Made by a program: the position numbers and the translations under genes
Assembly: GCA_000995065.1 (NCBI GenBank)
Contig: LBWX01000001.1
Location: 95,563 to 159,562, forward strand
Reading direction: 5' to 3'
Source of the DNA: a candidate division CPR2 bacterium GW2011_GWC2_39_35
GTDB lineage: Bacteria; Patescibacteriota; CPR2
Length of the DNA: 64,000 nucleotides
The notes under the pieces: generated by a model
What the model saw: only the letters and a program-made list of their open reading frames with translations
The model's database searches: none
Told to the model about the DNA's origin: nothing
In this document: positions 20,473 to 29,255 of the stretch, in pieces
Position numbering within the stretch: position 1 is the first letter of the stretch
Layout: every line of letters begins with the position of its first letter

Positions 20473-21261
20473 CTAACTGCTTAATTTTCTTCGCTCTTTG
20501 ATGATTTTATCGTAAATTTTTTGAATTCCCGATGAATATTGCATAGCACTCTTCGGCCTTGAAGTAATATATTCGGGCAAATTTCTTTTTTTAGCAACTT
20601 CTCTTATGATAAACTTTTTTATGTCATCCCGAATTTTGTATTCTACAGGAATACGAAGAGCATAATTAATAAATTTTTTGCTGGTATAGGGCGCTTCTAA
20701 TAAAATACCCGATAAAGAAAGCATATGGCTGTCTCTTTTTAAATCGGAAGCCATCACGCTTTTTATGTCTTTTTGCATTTGCGCCTCTAGCTGGTCTTCG
20801 GCTAAAGATTCATACTTTTTATAACCGCCAAACAATTCGTCAGAACCTTGGCCGCAAAGCAAAACCTCAATATTATCTTCCTTGGCCTTCTTGCCAATGA
20901 GGTATACGCCTACAGATAGAGGAATTTGCATATTGTTTGGCTCAATACGGATACTCTGAAGCTCCTTTTTAATAAAGGGAATAATTTCTTCAATCTCTTC
21001 TCTGGAAATTTCTTTAAAAACTAAGGGCAGCCCGATATCAGCGGCTAATTTAAACGCAAATTCTTTATCTTTCGAAAACTCCGTTCCAAAATTATACAAA
21101 ACAGGCTCGAGACCAAAGTCTCTGGCATAAGCTGCAATAGTTGAACTATCAACGCCTGCCGAAAACAATATTCCAACCCGTTGATTTTGATACTTGGCTT
21201 TAAGCTTTAAGAAATCTGCGGACAGAATGGCGTCAAGATTATCTCTGTACTCATTAGTCAT
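20473..21261 (-). CDS. asparagine-synthetase-domain protein (AsnB C-terminal PP-loop ATP-pyrophosphatase, no glutaminase domain)
   Basis: ILFSAGVDSS PP-loop (SGGxDS) and LLCGQGSDELFGGYKKYE, an AsnB-synthetase signature; only 262 aa. Confidence 0.6.
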   Translation of the reverse strand: MTNEYRDNLDAILSADFLKLKAKYQNQRVGILFSAGVDSSTIAAYARDFGLEPVLYNFGTEFSKDKEFAFKLAADIGLPLVFKEISREEIEEIIPFIKKELQSIRIEPNNMQIPLSVGVYLIGKKAKEDNIEVLLCGQGSDELFGGYKKYESLAEDQLEAQMQKDIKSVMASDLKRDSHMLSLSGILLEAPYTSKKFINYALRIPVEYKIRDDIKKFIIREVAKKRNLPEYITSRPKSAMQYSSGIQKIYDKIIKERRKLSS

Positions 21262-21305
21262 AATTTCCTTTCAAATCAGCACAATTTACGATATAATTTA
21301 AACTT

Positions 21306-22895
21306 ATGAATTTTCCTACAAACTTTCCACAACCGAATGAAATTTTTTTTAAAGCCTCCTTGGAGGTCTTGGAAAATATCAAAGCAAATAATATCATGAA
21401 AGTGGATATATTAGAAGGTACAATAAAAAGGGTCTCTAAAAGCTATAAGATAAACACTATTCCTCAATGGGTCATTAATTGGACTTATAATCATCAGGAT
21501 AAGATAGAAATTTCTAAGGAGGGAAAAGAATGTCTAATGATAAAAAAAGTAAGATCCGCTTCTGGAATTGTATCGGTTTCTGTATTTACAAAACCGTATC
21601 CTTGCCCGGGAACATGCATTTTTTGCCCGACAGAGAAAAATATTCCTAAGAGCTATCTTTCCAACGAACCAGCCGTGATGAGAGCAGTAAGAAATAAGTA
21701 CGATCCGGTAAGCCAAATTAAGTCTCGGCTCGACCAACTTCAGTATTCCGGACATAATTTAGATAAGATTGAGCTCATAATCCAAGGCGGTACATTCTCT
21801 AATTTGCCAAGAAAATACAGGGAGAGCTTTGTAACTGCTTGTTTTGCCGCTGTAAATGGCTGGCCGGAAATTCCGAAGAAAAACTCTTTTGCACTTTTAG
21901 AAGAACAAGAAAATAATGAGAAAGCAGAGAACAGAATTATAGGTCTTACCATAGAAACCAGACCAGACTGGATTAATGAGGAAGAAACCAAATTTTTAAG
22001 AGCCCTAGGCGTTACCAGAATTGAGCTCGGCGTTCAGTCGATAAATGACAATGTTTTAGAACTAAACAAGAGAGGGCACACAGCCCACGAAGTTGTTAAA
22101 GCCACTAAGCTATTAAAAGATGCGGGTTTTAAGGTTTGCTACCATATGATGCCGGGGCTGCCCGGATCTACCCTTCAAGATGATATGAATGGTATTAAGG
22201 AATTATTCCTAAACCCCGCTTTCAAACCGGACTTGTTAAAAATTTACCCGTGCGTGGTTACCAAACTTTCCGAACTAGAGAATTGGTATCAGAAGGGCAA
22301 ATTTCAGCCAATAGGCGATAGGGACCTAGAAGAACTCCTAATAGAGATAAAAAAGCATGTCCCCCCTTACGTTAGAATTCAGAGGCTTGGACGAGACATC
22401 CCCGCCACCGATATCATAGCCGGAAGCAAAATATCAAATATCAGACAAAAAATACTTAGCAATAAAAAGGTGCTCTGTTACTGCGTCCGATGCCGAGAAG
22501 TAAAAAATAAGGCGATTGTAAACCCCAAGTTAAGGATTACTAAATACGAAGCCTCTAAGGGCATGGAATATTTTTTGGAATACATAAATAAGGATGATGA
22601 TACTCTTTATTCTTTGCTAAGGCTCAGAATTCCGTCTGAGGATACAGTTTATGATGTCATTAAGGATTCTGCGATTATAAGAGAAGTTCATACGTACGGA
22701 AAACAGATTCAAATCGGAAAAGACGGCGACATCCAACATCAAGGTTTTGGCAAGCTTTTAATCCAAAAAGCCGAAGAAATCGCAAAAGAAAACGGCCTAA
22801 AAAAAATAACCGTTATTTCCGGTATCGGCGCCAGAGATTATTATTCAAATCTTGGTTACCATTTAGATAACACTTATATGATTAAGGAAATCTAA
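21306..22895 (+). CDS. elp3: Elp3 homolog: radical-SAM plus GNAT acetyltransferase (tRNA wobble-uridine modification family)
   Basis: KPYPCPGTCIFCP (Cx3Cx2C) radical-SAM cluster, Elp3-like core (GLTIETRPDWI...RIELGVQS), C-terminal GNAT with HQGFGKLLIQKAEEIAKENG acetyl-CoA motif; roughly 95-aa N-terminal extension. Confidence 0.75.
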   Translation: MNFPTNFPQPNEIFFKASLEVLENIKANNIMKVDILEGTIKRVSKSYKINTIPQWVINWTYNHQDKIEISKEGKECLMIKKVRSASGIVSVSVFTKPYPCPGTCIFCPTEKNIPKSYLSNEPAVMRAVRNKYDPVSQIKSRLDQLQYSGHNLDKIELIIQGGTFSNLPRKYRESFVTACFAAVNGWPEIPKKNSFALLEEQENNEKAENRIIGLTIETRPDWINEEETKFLRALGVTRIELGVQSINDNVLELNKRGHTAHEVVKATKLLKDAGFKVCYHMMPGLPGSTLQDDMNGIKELFLNPAFKPDLLKIYPCVVTKLSELENWYQKGKFQPIGDRDLEELLIEIKKHVPPYVRIQRLGRDIPATDIIAGSKISNIRQKILSNKKVLCYCVRCREVKNKAIVNPKLRITKYEASKGMEYFLEYINKDDDTLYSLLRLRIPSEDTVYDVIKDSAIIREVHTYGKQIQIGKDGDIQHQGFGKLLIQKAEEIAKENGLKKITVISGIGARDYYSNLGYHLDNTYMIKEI

Positions 22896-22913
22896 TAATA
22901 GGCCAACTATTCC

Positions 22914-22943
22914 TTGCGGTATAACTAATAACTGTACTATAAT
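22914..22943 (+). promoter_or_regulatory. candidate promoter for the 23007 gene
   Basis: TTGCGG, 18-nt spacer, TATAAT. Confidence 0.35.
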
Positions 22944-23006
22944 TAGACAAAGCGGAGGGATGGCTTCAGAATCTACTATCGCTTCCATAAAAACAAGGAA
23001 GAACGG

Positions 23007-24356
23007 ATGTCTCAAAAGATTTCAAAGATTACTTTATACAAAAGCTTGGCAATTGTTAGCATTTTTGTTTCTATTATAATTATTCTGAATTTGTTTCCCA
23101 TTAAAAAAACTGAGGCTGCTTCTGTTGTAAAAAGCTACGCTTTTGATACCACCGATGAAAGCTGGGTTGGGAACGGAGGAGCATTTACTATTGATACTTA
23201 CCAATCCGGAGCCGGTAATCCAGCCGGAGCACTGGAAACAAGAATCTCTGGTAAAAACAAGATAAACGCAACGGCGGGATGGCTTCTATCTGGCGTTACA
23301 TGGGAAAGTCTTGGAATTCCGGCCGGAGCTACCGTAAATTCTGTGGACGGCCAATTTGATTGGCGCTGTTCAGAATATACCACTGGTAGCTCAGCGTCAG
23401 CATCAGGAGACTTAACTATTACAGACGTTGCTGATGGCAATATTACAACCGTAGAAAATGGGGTTACTTTTGGAGTAACTACGTCCTGGGCAACAAGAAA
23501 TGGCTCTACTGCCATAAACTTACCCGCTGCCCTAAAACCGTCCAATACAACTATTAAAATAAAGCTTCTCGGCAATCTTCAAACAGGAAATAGTGTAAGT
23601 GCGGCTGTGGCCAGACAGATTGATAACATCTCATTATTAATCGATTATACTACCTCTTCCGATTCACCGCCGACTCTTACCGTTAATGAACCCGATGGAA
23701 CAGGCGATACGGTTACGGTTGGGCAAAGCTATAATCTAGCTTATGATCTAAGCGATCCGGACAGCGCAGCCACAGTCGATTTTTATTGGGATGATGGACA
23801 GGATTATACTGGCACCGCTATTTCTAGTTGCCAAGATCAACCAGAAGGTGCGGGCGCCATTTGTGCCTGGAATACAACCGGAATTATTCCGGGAGCATAC
23901 TGGATATATGGTGTTGCTACTGATGGGGTAAACCCTGATACTAGGGATTATTCGCCAGGTCAAGTTACCATCACCGCCAGCGGCCCTCTCCAGATAAAGA
24001 CCGTGGAAAGCTTTATAGGACAAGATGCAACCATGAGAACTTCGGGCACTACTGTGGCTATGCCGTTTAGTGTCGATATTCCGGAGAGCAATCCGACTGT
24101 CAAATCTGCTTTTTTTGAGATAACCGGAGTTACAAAAACACCGGCAGTCCAACTCCTAATAGACGTAAACATTGATGGCGGCAATGCAAAAACTTTAAAC
24201 CTACAGTCAAATAATGACACTCATTTTAAAGTGCTTTACGATGCAACAGCATTTCTGCCCATTGGAGGCTCCCATACTCTAAACGTAAAAGGGACCGGAG
24301 CGGATATCTCACTTTGGAGTGCCAAACTTATTTTAACTTATACTTACTCATCCTAA
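23007..24356 (+). CDS. secreted/surface beta-rich protein, candidate pilus-associated adhesin (paralog A)
   Basis: Signal anchor LYKSLAIVSIFVSIIIILNLF, AxA site TEA-AS, Thr/Ser/Gly-rich; C-terminal roughly 120-aa domain (IKTVESFIGQ...KSAFFEITGV...LTYTYSS) is homologous to the N-terminal domain of the next gene. Confidence 0.5.
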   Translation: MSQKISKITLYKSLAIVSIFVSIIIILNLFPIKKTEAASVVKSYAFDTTDESWVGNGGAFTIDTYQSGAGNPAGALETRISGKNKINATAGWLLSGVTWESLGIPAGATVNSVDGQFDWRCSEYTTGSSASASGDLTITDVADGNITTVENGVTFGVTTSWATRNGSTAINLPAALKPSNTTIKIKLLGNLQTGNSVSAAVARQIDNISLLIDYTTSSDSPPTLTVNEPDGTGDTVTVGQSYNLAYDLSDPDSAATVDFYWDDGQDYTGTAISSCQDQPEGAGAICAWNTTGIIPGAYWIYGVATDGVNPDTRDYSPGQVTITASGPLQIKTVESFIGQDATMRTSGTTVAMPFSVDIPESNPTVKSAFFEITGVTKTPAVQLLIDVNIDGGNAKTLNLQSNNDTHFKVLYDATAFLPIGGSHTLNVKGTGADISLWSAKLILTYTYSS

Positions 24357-24369
24357 CTTGTTAATAAAT

Positions 24370-25161
24370 ATGCTAAAAAAAATTATAACTTACGGAATAT
24401 CGATCCTATTTGTTGTTAATGCGAATGCGAATCAAGCGAATGCCGCTACCGCATATCCCACAAAAACAATCAAATTTTTTGTCGGCCAGAGTTTAAATAC
24501 GTTAAATGAAGGTCAAACGGGGAGTTTTATTTTTACTGTAAGCATTCCTGACACTAAGCCAATTCTTAGAAGCGCTTTTATCGAGTTTTCCGGTGTCTCG
24601 AAATCTGCCGCAAATCCTCAGATAGAGCTTAGTATTGGGGGATCTACAGTAAACCACGAATTAACAACCATATCAGACAAGCCTTATTTTATAATAAATC
24701 TTGATACCATGGAAAACTTCTCTAACATAAAAGATGCGGGCGATTATTCATACACTTTAGACTACAAAATTCTAAATGGCTCGCTTTCGTTAGCCAATGC
24801 TTTTATAACAATTACTTATCAGTATTCCACTCAAAATGGCTATCCGACTCAAGGATCTCTCACTTCTTCCACCTACGATATGGGAGGAGCGTCGGCCTTA
24901 AATACAATATCTTGGGATGCAAATACGCTTCCTAACAACGCAAAAATAAAAGTCCAAATCGCAACTTCTAATATCGAAAGTGGACCATGGGTGTTTTTGG
25001 GCCCCGATGGCACAAAATTCAGTTTTTATGAATCGTCCGGTGAAACTATCCATCCGAGACACAATAATAGTCGCTATTACAAATATAAAGTCGTATTTTC
25101 GACCAGAGACCCAAGTGTTACGCCGAACATAAATAAAATTAAGATTAACTACTCGCCCTAG
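24370..25161 (+). CDS. secreted beta-rich protein (paralog B of the shared domain)
   Basis: Signal peptide ITYGISILFVVNANANQANA; TKTIKFFVGQ...RSAFIEFSGV...ITITYQYS aligns with the C-terminus of the upstream protein. ATG 24370 is preferred over TTG 24358. Confidence 0.5.
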   Translation: MLKKIITYGISILFVVNANANQANAATAYPTKTIKFFVGQSLNTLNEGQTGSFIFTVSIPDTKPILRSAFIEFSGVSKSAANPQIELSIGGSTVNHELTTISDKPYFIINLDTMENFSNIKDAGDYSYTLDYKILNGSLSLANAFITITYQYSTQNGYPTQGSLTSSTYDMGGASALNTISWDANTLPNNAKIKVQIATSNIESGPWVFLGPDGTKFSFYESSGETIHPRHNNSRYYKYKVVFSTRDPSVTPNINKIKINYSP

Positions 25162-25716
25162 ATGAATACTTTTAAGAACATAAACAACCAAGGAGCAACC
25201 TTAATCGAGCTGGCTATTTATATGGGCCTGGTCGGATTTATTATGGTAGCCTTAGTTGGCATAACGGTACCGCTACTAAAATCATCAGAAAAAAATAAAA
25301 CGGAAACCGAATTGCATCAAAACGCCAGATTTGTCTTAGAAAAGTTAAGCCAAAATATAAATCAAGCAGATCCAGCCACCGTTTCTGTATCTTTGCCTGG
25401 CGACGAGCTTTTTCTAACCGTAAAAGACCCTGAAACAGACGCCCCAACTCCCGTTAAATTTAGCGTCGATCCCTCCACCAATATTATTTCATTTGAGAAA
25501 CCTCAAGGCAATCCAAGTCCGGAAAAACTAACCTCTGCACCGATAAAGCTACTTAAAAGAGGCGGGTCAACGCCTTTTTTTCAAACAACAGACAACACAG
25601 CTAATGGCTCTACCCTTAAAACAGTAATGATTAACTTTGAAATACGCTATTACAAAGGGAGTAACTTAATTACTAGTGAGGAATATCAAACAACTTATGC
25701 CTTAAAGAGGATTTAG
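25162..25716 (+). CDS. type IV pilin-like / pseudopilin (minor pilin)
   Basis: N-terminus NNQGATLIELAIYMGLVGFIMVAL is a class-III signal peptide (G-[AF]TLIE) followed by a hydrophobic helix. Confidence 0.6.
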   Translation: MNTFKNINNQGATLIELAIYMGLVGFIMVALVGITVPLLKSSEKNKTETELHQNARFVLEKLSQNINQADPATVSVSLPGDELFLTVKDPETDAPTPVKFSVDPSTNIISFEKPQGNPSPEKLTSAPIKLLKRGGSTPFFQTTDNTANGSTLKTVMINFEIRYYKGSNLITSEEYQTTYALKRI

Positions 25717-26118
25717 ATGAATAATCGTGGCGCTGCTCTTTTAATATCCACCATCACTATAACCGGCATTCTTATTATTGTCGTTGTTACCATAACCAGC
25801 CGGGCATTTAGCGAGATTAACTTAAGCGCAGATGATAAAAGATCTAGAGATGCCCAGACTTCAGCAGAGGCCGGCATTAAGGACGCCTTAATTCAGCTAG
25901 TTAAAAATCAATGCAATCCAACCTATAGCTTATCAGAAAACGGCTATTCTGTTACAATAAATATATCAGGATGCGGTACATCTTCTTTTGGCATTGAATC
26001 GATAGCTTATTCAGGCGATGCCAATTTTCCTGCTAAAAGGATGGTGGCAAATGCCACGAAGGACTTAAACGGCAAAATAACTGTAACGTCAATAAAAGAA
26101 ATGGCCACCAATCCATAA
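25717..26118 (+). CDS. pilin-like protein (degenerate prepilin N-terminus)
   Basis: MNNRGAALLISTITITGILIIVVV hydrophobic N-helix after a Gly; small, extracellular-like remainder. Confidence 0.4.
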   Translation: MNNRGAALLISTITITGILIIVVVTITSRAFSEINLSADDKRSRDAQTSAEAGIKDALIQLVKNQCNPTYSLSENGYSVTINISGCGTSSFGIESIAYSGDANFPAKRMVANATKDLNGKITVTSIKEMATNP

Positions 26119-26158
26119 TCGCGTCATAAAATTATTCTAAACAAGGAGGGTTTAAGAA

Positions 26159-27577
26159 TTGAAGTATTCCATTGGAATACAAATTAACGAGACAGGCATT
26201 ACTATTCAAGGCGCCAAGCGGGACCGGGAGCGTAAAGTCGCGTTTTATAATTCCTTTGAACTCGAGACAAATATTAGCCTTGCCTCAAAAGGTGATGTAA
26301 AAAGCCTGGAGCAAATGCTCACCGAACTCTTTAAGAGGAATAAGAGCTTTTTTAAAGAATCTATTATTACTGTTACTTTTCCCGATCGAATAGCCTTTTT
26401 TACTAATCTAACTCTCCCGGCAAATATAGCCGAAAGTGATCTAGAATCCGCTATTATGTTAAACGCCGAACTGGGGGACGCCAACGACGAAAACAATATT
26501 ATTGAATGGAAAAGAATAGAAAATCTTAAGAGCACCAGAGATAAAAATGATTATCTGGTTGGGATTACTTCAAAATTATTAATCGACCAAATGGCCAATG
26601 CCTTTATTAAAGCAAAAATAATTCCCGAATCATTCGAGACCTATGCTTTTTCCCATTTTAGAACGGCCGACCACGATAGAGAAAGTTCATTTATCGGTGC
26701 TATTTTAAAAAAAGGAGAAATTACGGTTTATGTCGTGGAGAAGGGTGATGTTCGATTTATTAAAAGCACTAAGGCAGCCTCGAACGAGCAAATTAAAGAA
26801 ACATTTTTAGAAATATTAAGAGTTTTTAATTACTACGCATCCGACAGAAGAGAGGTTCCTATTAGTTCTTTTTACCTTGACATAGGAAGCGCGGAAGAAA
26901 ACAAAAAAGTATTAATCGCTTTAAAAAAGAAGCTTAATATTGATATAAAAGAGATTAAGCCAAAGACTATATTTAACGACACTCATGTAAAGAACTTAAG
27001 TCTTGCTGGAGCAGCCGTTAAATCATACTATGAGGAGCCATCATATCAGCTAAATCTTTTGACTCCCGCTATTAAACACAAATGCTTTCAACATAGGATA
27101 TTTCTTTTTTACAACGGGATCAGCAATATGTTGGTATTTACAAGCCTTATCGTTGTTTTCGTGTTTATCGCATTTTTAGCGCTACTATCGGTCATTAGAG
27201 TACAAACCAGCGATACCGCGTCATTAAATTCCCCTGGCGAAAAAAGCGATCTCAAAAAGATAGAGCAAGATGCCAGCGACTTTAATAATATGGTGAACAA
27301 AGCCCAAACCGCTGAAGGGATGAGTAAAATAGTAAAGGATTCGTTACTGGAAATTATTCAAAAAATTCCGAGCGAAGTAACAATTACAAAAATCGACTTC
27401 AAACCGATGGACAGCGTTATCAGTATCGAAGGCAATAGCAATAAAAGAGAATCCATAACGAAATTAAAAGAAGATGTAGAAAATTCGAACAACTTTAAGG
27501 AAGCAAACTTAACAATACCCGATAATGGCCAAAATAAGCTGAATTTTTCGATTACGGCAAAGGTGGAAACTAAATGA
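26159..27577 (+). CDS. pilM: PilM-like actin-fold protein fused to a PilN-like TM/periplasmic segment
   Basis: TTG start; N-terminal roughly 300 aa with PilM/FtsA-like topology, central TM MLVFTSLIVVFVFIAFLALLSVI, C-terminal coiled-coil region; lies within the pilus gene block. Confidence 0.55.
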   Translation: MKYSIGIQINETGITIQGAKRDRERKVAFYNSFELETNISLASKGDVKSLEQMLTELFKRNKSFFKESIITVTFPDRIAFFTNLTLPANIAESDLESAIMLNAELGDANDENNIIEWKRIENLKSTRDKNDYLVGITSKLLIDQMANAFIKAKIIPESFETYAFSHFRTADHDRESSFIGAILKKGEITVYVVEKGDVRFIKSTKAASNEQIKETFLEILRVFNYYASDRREVPISSFYLDIGSAEENKKVLIALKKKLNIDIKEIKPKTIFNDTHVKNLSLAGAAVKSYYEEPSYQLNLLTPAIKHKCFQHRIFLFYNGISNMLVFTSLIVVFVFIAFLALLSVIRVQTSDTASLNSPGEKSDLKKIEQDASDFNNMVNKAQTAEGMSKIVKDSLLEIIQKIPSEVTITKIDFKPMDSVISIEGNSNKRESITKLKEDVENSNNFKEANLTIPDNGQNKLNFSITAKVETK

Positions 27578-28092
27578 ACAAGAAACATCTAATCTATGTC
27601 TCATCAAAAACTTTTGCTGCAATTATGGTTTTAATAATTTGTATTGCCTATTTTAGTAAGGTTACATCTCTAGTTGCCGGAGATATTAAAAAACAAAAAA
27701 GCTTAAAAAGCCAGCTTAATAATGAGCTTATTTTTAAGAAATCACTGGAGTCTGAATATGAATTAGCAAAACCTCATCTGGAAGAATTAAAGTCCAAGTT
27801 TGCCACCAAAAGCAATCCCGAAGAAGTTACAGCTTACCTCGAATCTCTAATTAACGACTCAGTTGCAGTTAAATCGGTTAAGGTTTCAAACAATAACGCA
27901 GCGCAAGATAAGATTCCAGTCGAGATCCAGATAATGGGTAGCCTTAAAGAAATAGAGGAATGCGTCAAAAAGATTGATCAAAATAAGTATTACAGCCTAA
28001 TTACCAATACAGATATTTCCAAGCCAGCCGTAGCTGGCGACAACAGCTCTTATATCGCAAATATTAAATTAGAATTTTACACGAGGGATTAG
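27574..28092 (+). CDS. PilO-like bitopic protein
   Basis: N-terminal TM (FAAIMVLIICIAYF), coiled coil, ferredoxin-like C-terminal region; ATGA overlap with upstream gene. Confidence 0.4.
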   Translation: MNKKHLIYVSSKTFAAIMVLIICIAYFSKVTSLVAGDIKKQKSLKSQLNNELIFKKSLESEYELAKPHLEELKSKFATKSNPEEVTAYLESLINDSVAVKSVKVSNNNAAQDKIPVEIQIMGSLKEIEECVKKIDQNKYYSLITNTDISKPAVAGDNSSYIANIKLEFYTRD

Positions 28093-28283
28093 TGGATATA
28101 ATCAGCAACAAAAAAGCAAAGATTAGCGTTATATCAGGCGTGGCTATTATAATTTGTATTGTTCTAACGTTTGTAATTTTATTTATCATAAGACAAGTAA
28201 GGGAAATTACAAACGAAGACTTGAATAAGTCCGGAGCACCAACCCATTTTAATATTAAAGGCTATGAATCACTTAAAAAGTAA
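28092..28283 (+). CDS. small single-TM protein
   Basis: 63 aa, TM ISVISGVAIIICIVLTFVILFII; GTG start overlapping the previous stop. Confidence 0.3.
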   Translation: MDIISNKKAKISVISGVAIIICIVLTFVILFIIRQVREITNEDLNKSGAPTHFNIKGYESLKK

Positions 28284-28295
28284 TCGAGGGTTAAA

Positions 28296-29222
28296 ATGAC
28301 AAATAGAGACGAAAAACACATCGAAATCAATTCTAAAATGAGTATTAATGAATCCTTGGAAAATCTCTCAGAATTCGTTGTTATTTTAGATTTTAAGGGG
28401 AGTATCAGGTATGCAAACAATAGACTTCTTAAAAAGATAGGTTTAAAAAAGGATGATGTTTTGGAGCATTCGTTTTTTAACACATTAATATCCAAAAACA
28501 TTGAACCTCAAATGCGAGAGCACTTTAATGATTTAATCTTAAAGAAAACAGCGACCAATAAATGCCGTAATGAACTTACAAAAAGCGATGGAAACAAAAT
28601 ATTTGCTTCCTGGTTCTTAAGCATCTTGAAAATAGATGAAAAAGAATATGTGATGTGTACGGGAGTAGGAATTACTGATGAATTTAAAGCCGAGGAGAAC
28701 AACATCTTATTTACCAATGTCATTGAACGCTCCTTAGAAGCCATAATAATTGTGAGCCTTGATAGCAAAATCTTGGAATGGAATGACGGTGCCGAGAAAC
28801 TATTAGGCTTTAATAGAAACGAGATGATTGGAAAAAGCTTCTTTGAGATTATTCCCAAAGGCAAAATAGACGAGACAAAACAATGTATCGAAATTTTACA
28901 CCAAAATAAGTATCATAATTTCCAAAGCGTGAGACTTACAAAGGATAACCAGATAATAAATGTTGCCATTTCTGCAAATCTAATAACTGATACTAACGGA
29001 AAACCAATTGCAATTTCCTCGTTCTTAAGAGACATGGGTGACTTTCTTAAGCAGGAAGACGAATTAAAATACCACGTTGCGGTCCTTGAAGACAAGAATA
29101 GAGCCCTTACTATCCTGGAAAAATTCGTCGTTTCCCGAGAATTAAAAATGCTTGAATTAAAAAATGAGATACTAAACCTAAAAAGAGCTTTGGCCAAAGA
29201 GACCGATCCAAATACTGAATAA
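28296..29222 (+). CDS. tandem PAS-domain protein with C-terminal coiled coil (no output domain)
   Basis: Two PAS-like segments (FVVILDFKGSIRYANNRLLKKIGLKKDDVLEHSFFN; IIIVSLDSKILEWNDGAEKLLGFNRNEMIGKSFFEI) then a coiled coil. Confidence 0.6.
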   Translation: MTNRDEKHIEINSKMSINESLENLSEFVVILDFKGSIRYANNRLLKKIGLKKDDVLEHSFFNTLISKNIEPQMREHFNDLILKKTATNKCRNELTKSDGNKIFASWFLSILKIDEKEYVMCTGVGITDEFKAEENNILFTNVIERSLEAIIIVSLDSKILEWNDGAEKLLGFNRNEMIGKSFFEIIPKGKIDETKQCIEILHQNKYHNFQSVRLTKDNQIINVAISANLITDTNGKPIAISSFLRDMGDFLKQEDELKYHVAVLEDKNRALTILEKFVVSRELKMLELKNEILNLKRALAKETDPNTE

Positions 29223-29255
29223 AAAATATTAAATGTGATGTTTCGGAGAAATTAA

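Noticed and set aside
23198-24220. Minus-strand ORFs of 86-134 aa inside the 23007 adhesin gene, and 38220-39278 inside the surface-protein gene
   Set aside because: Antisense to genes with signal peptides and consistent domain structure; compositions reflect the complement of Thr/Pro/Gln-rich coding repeats.
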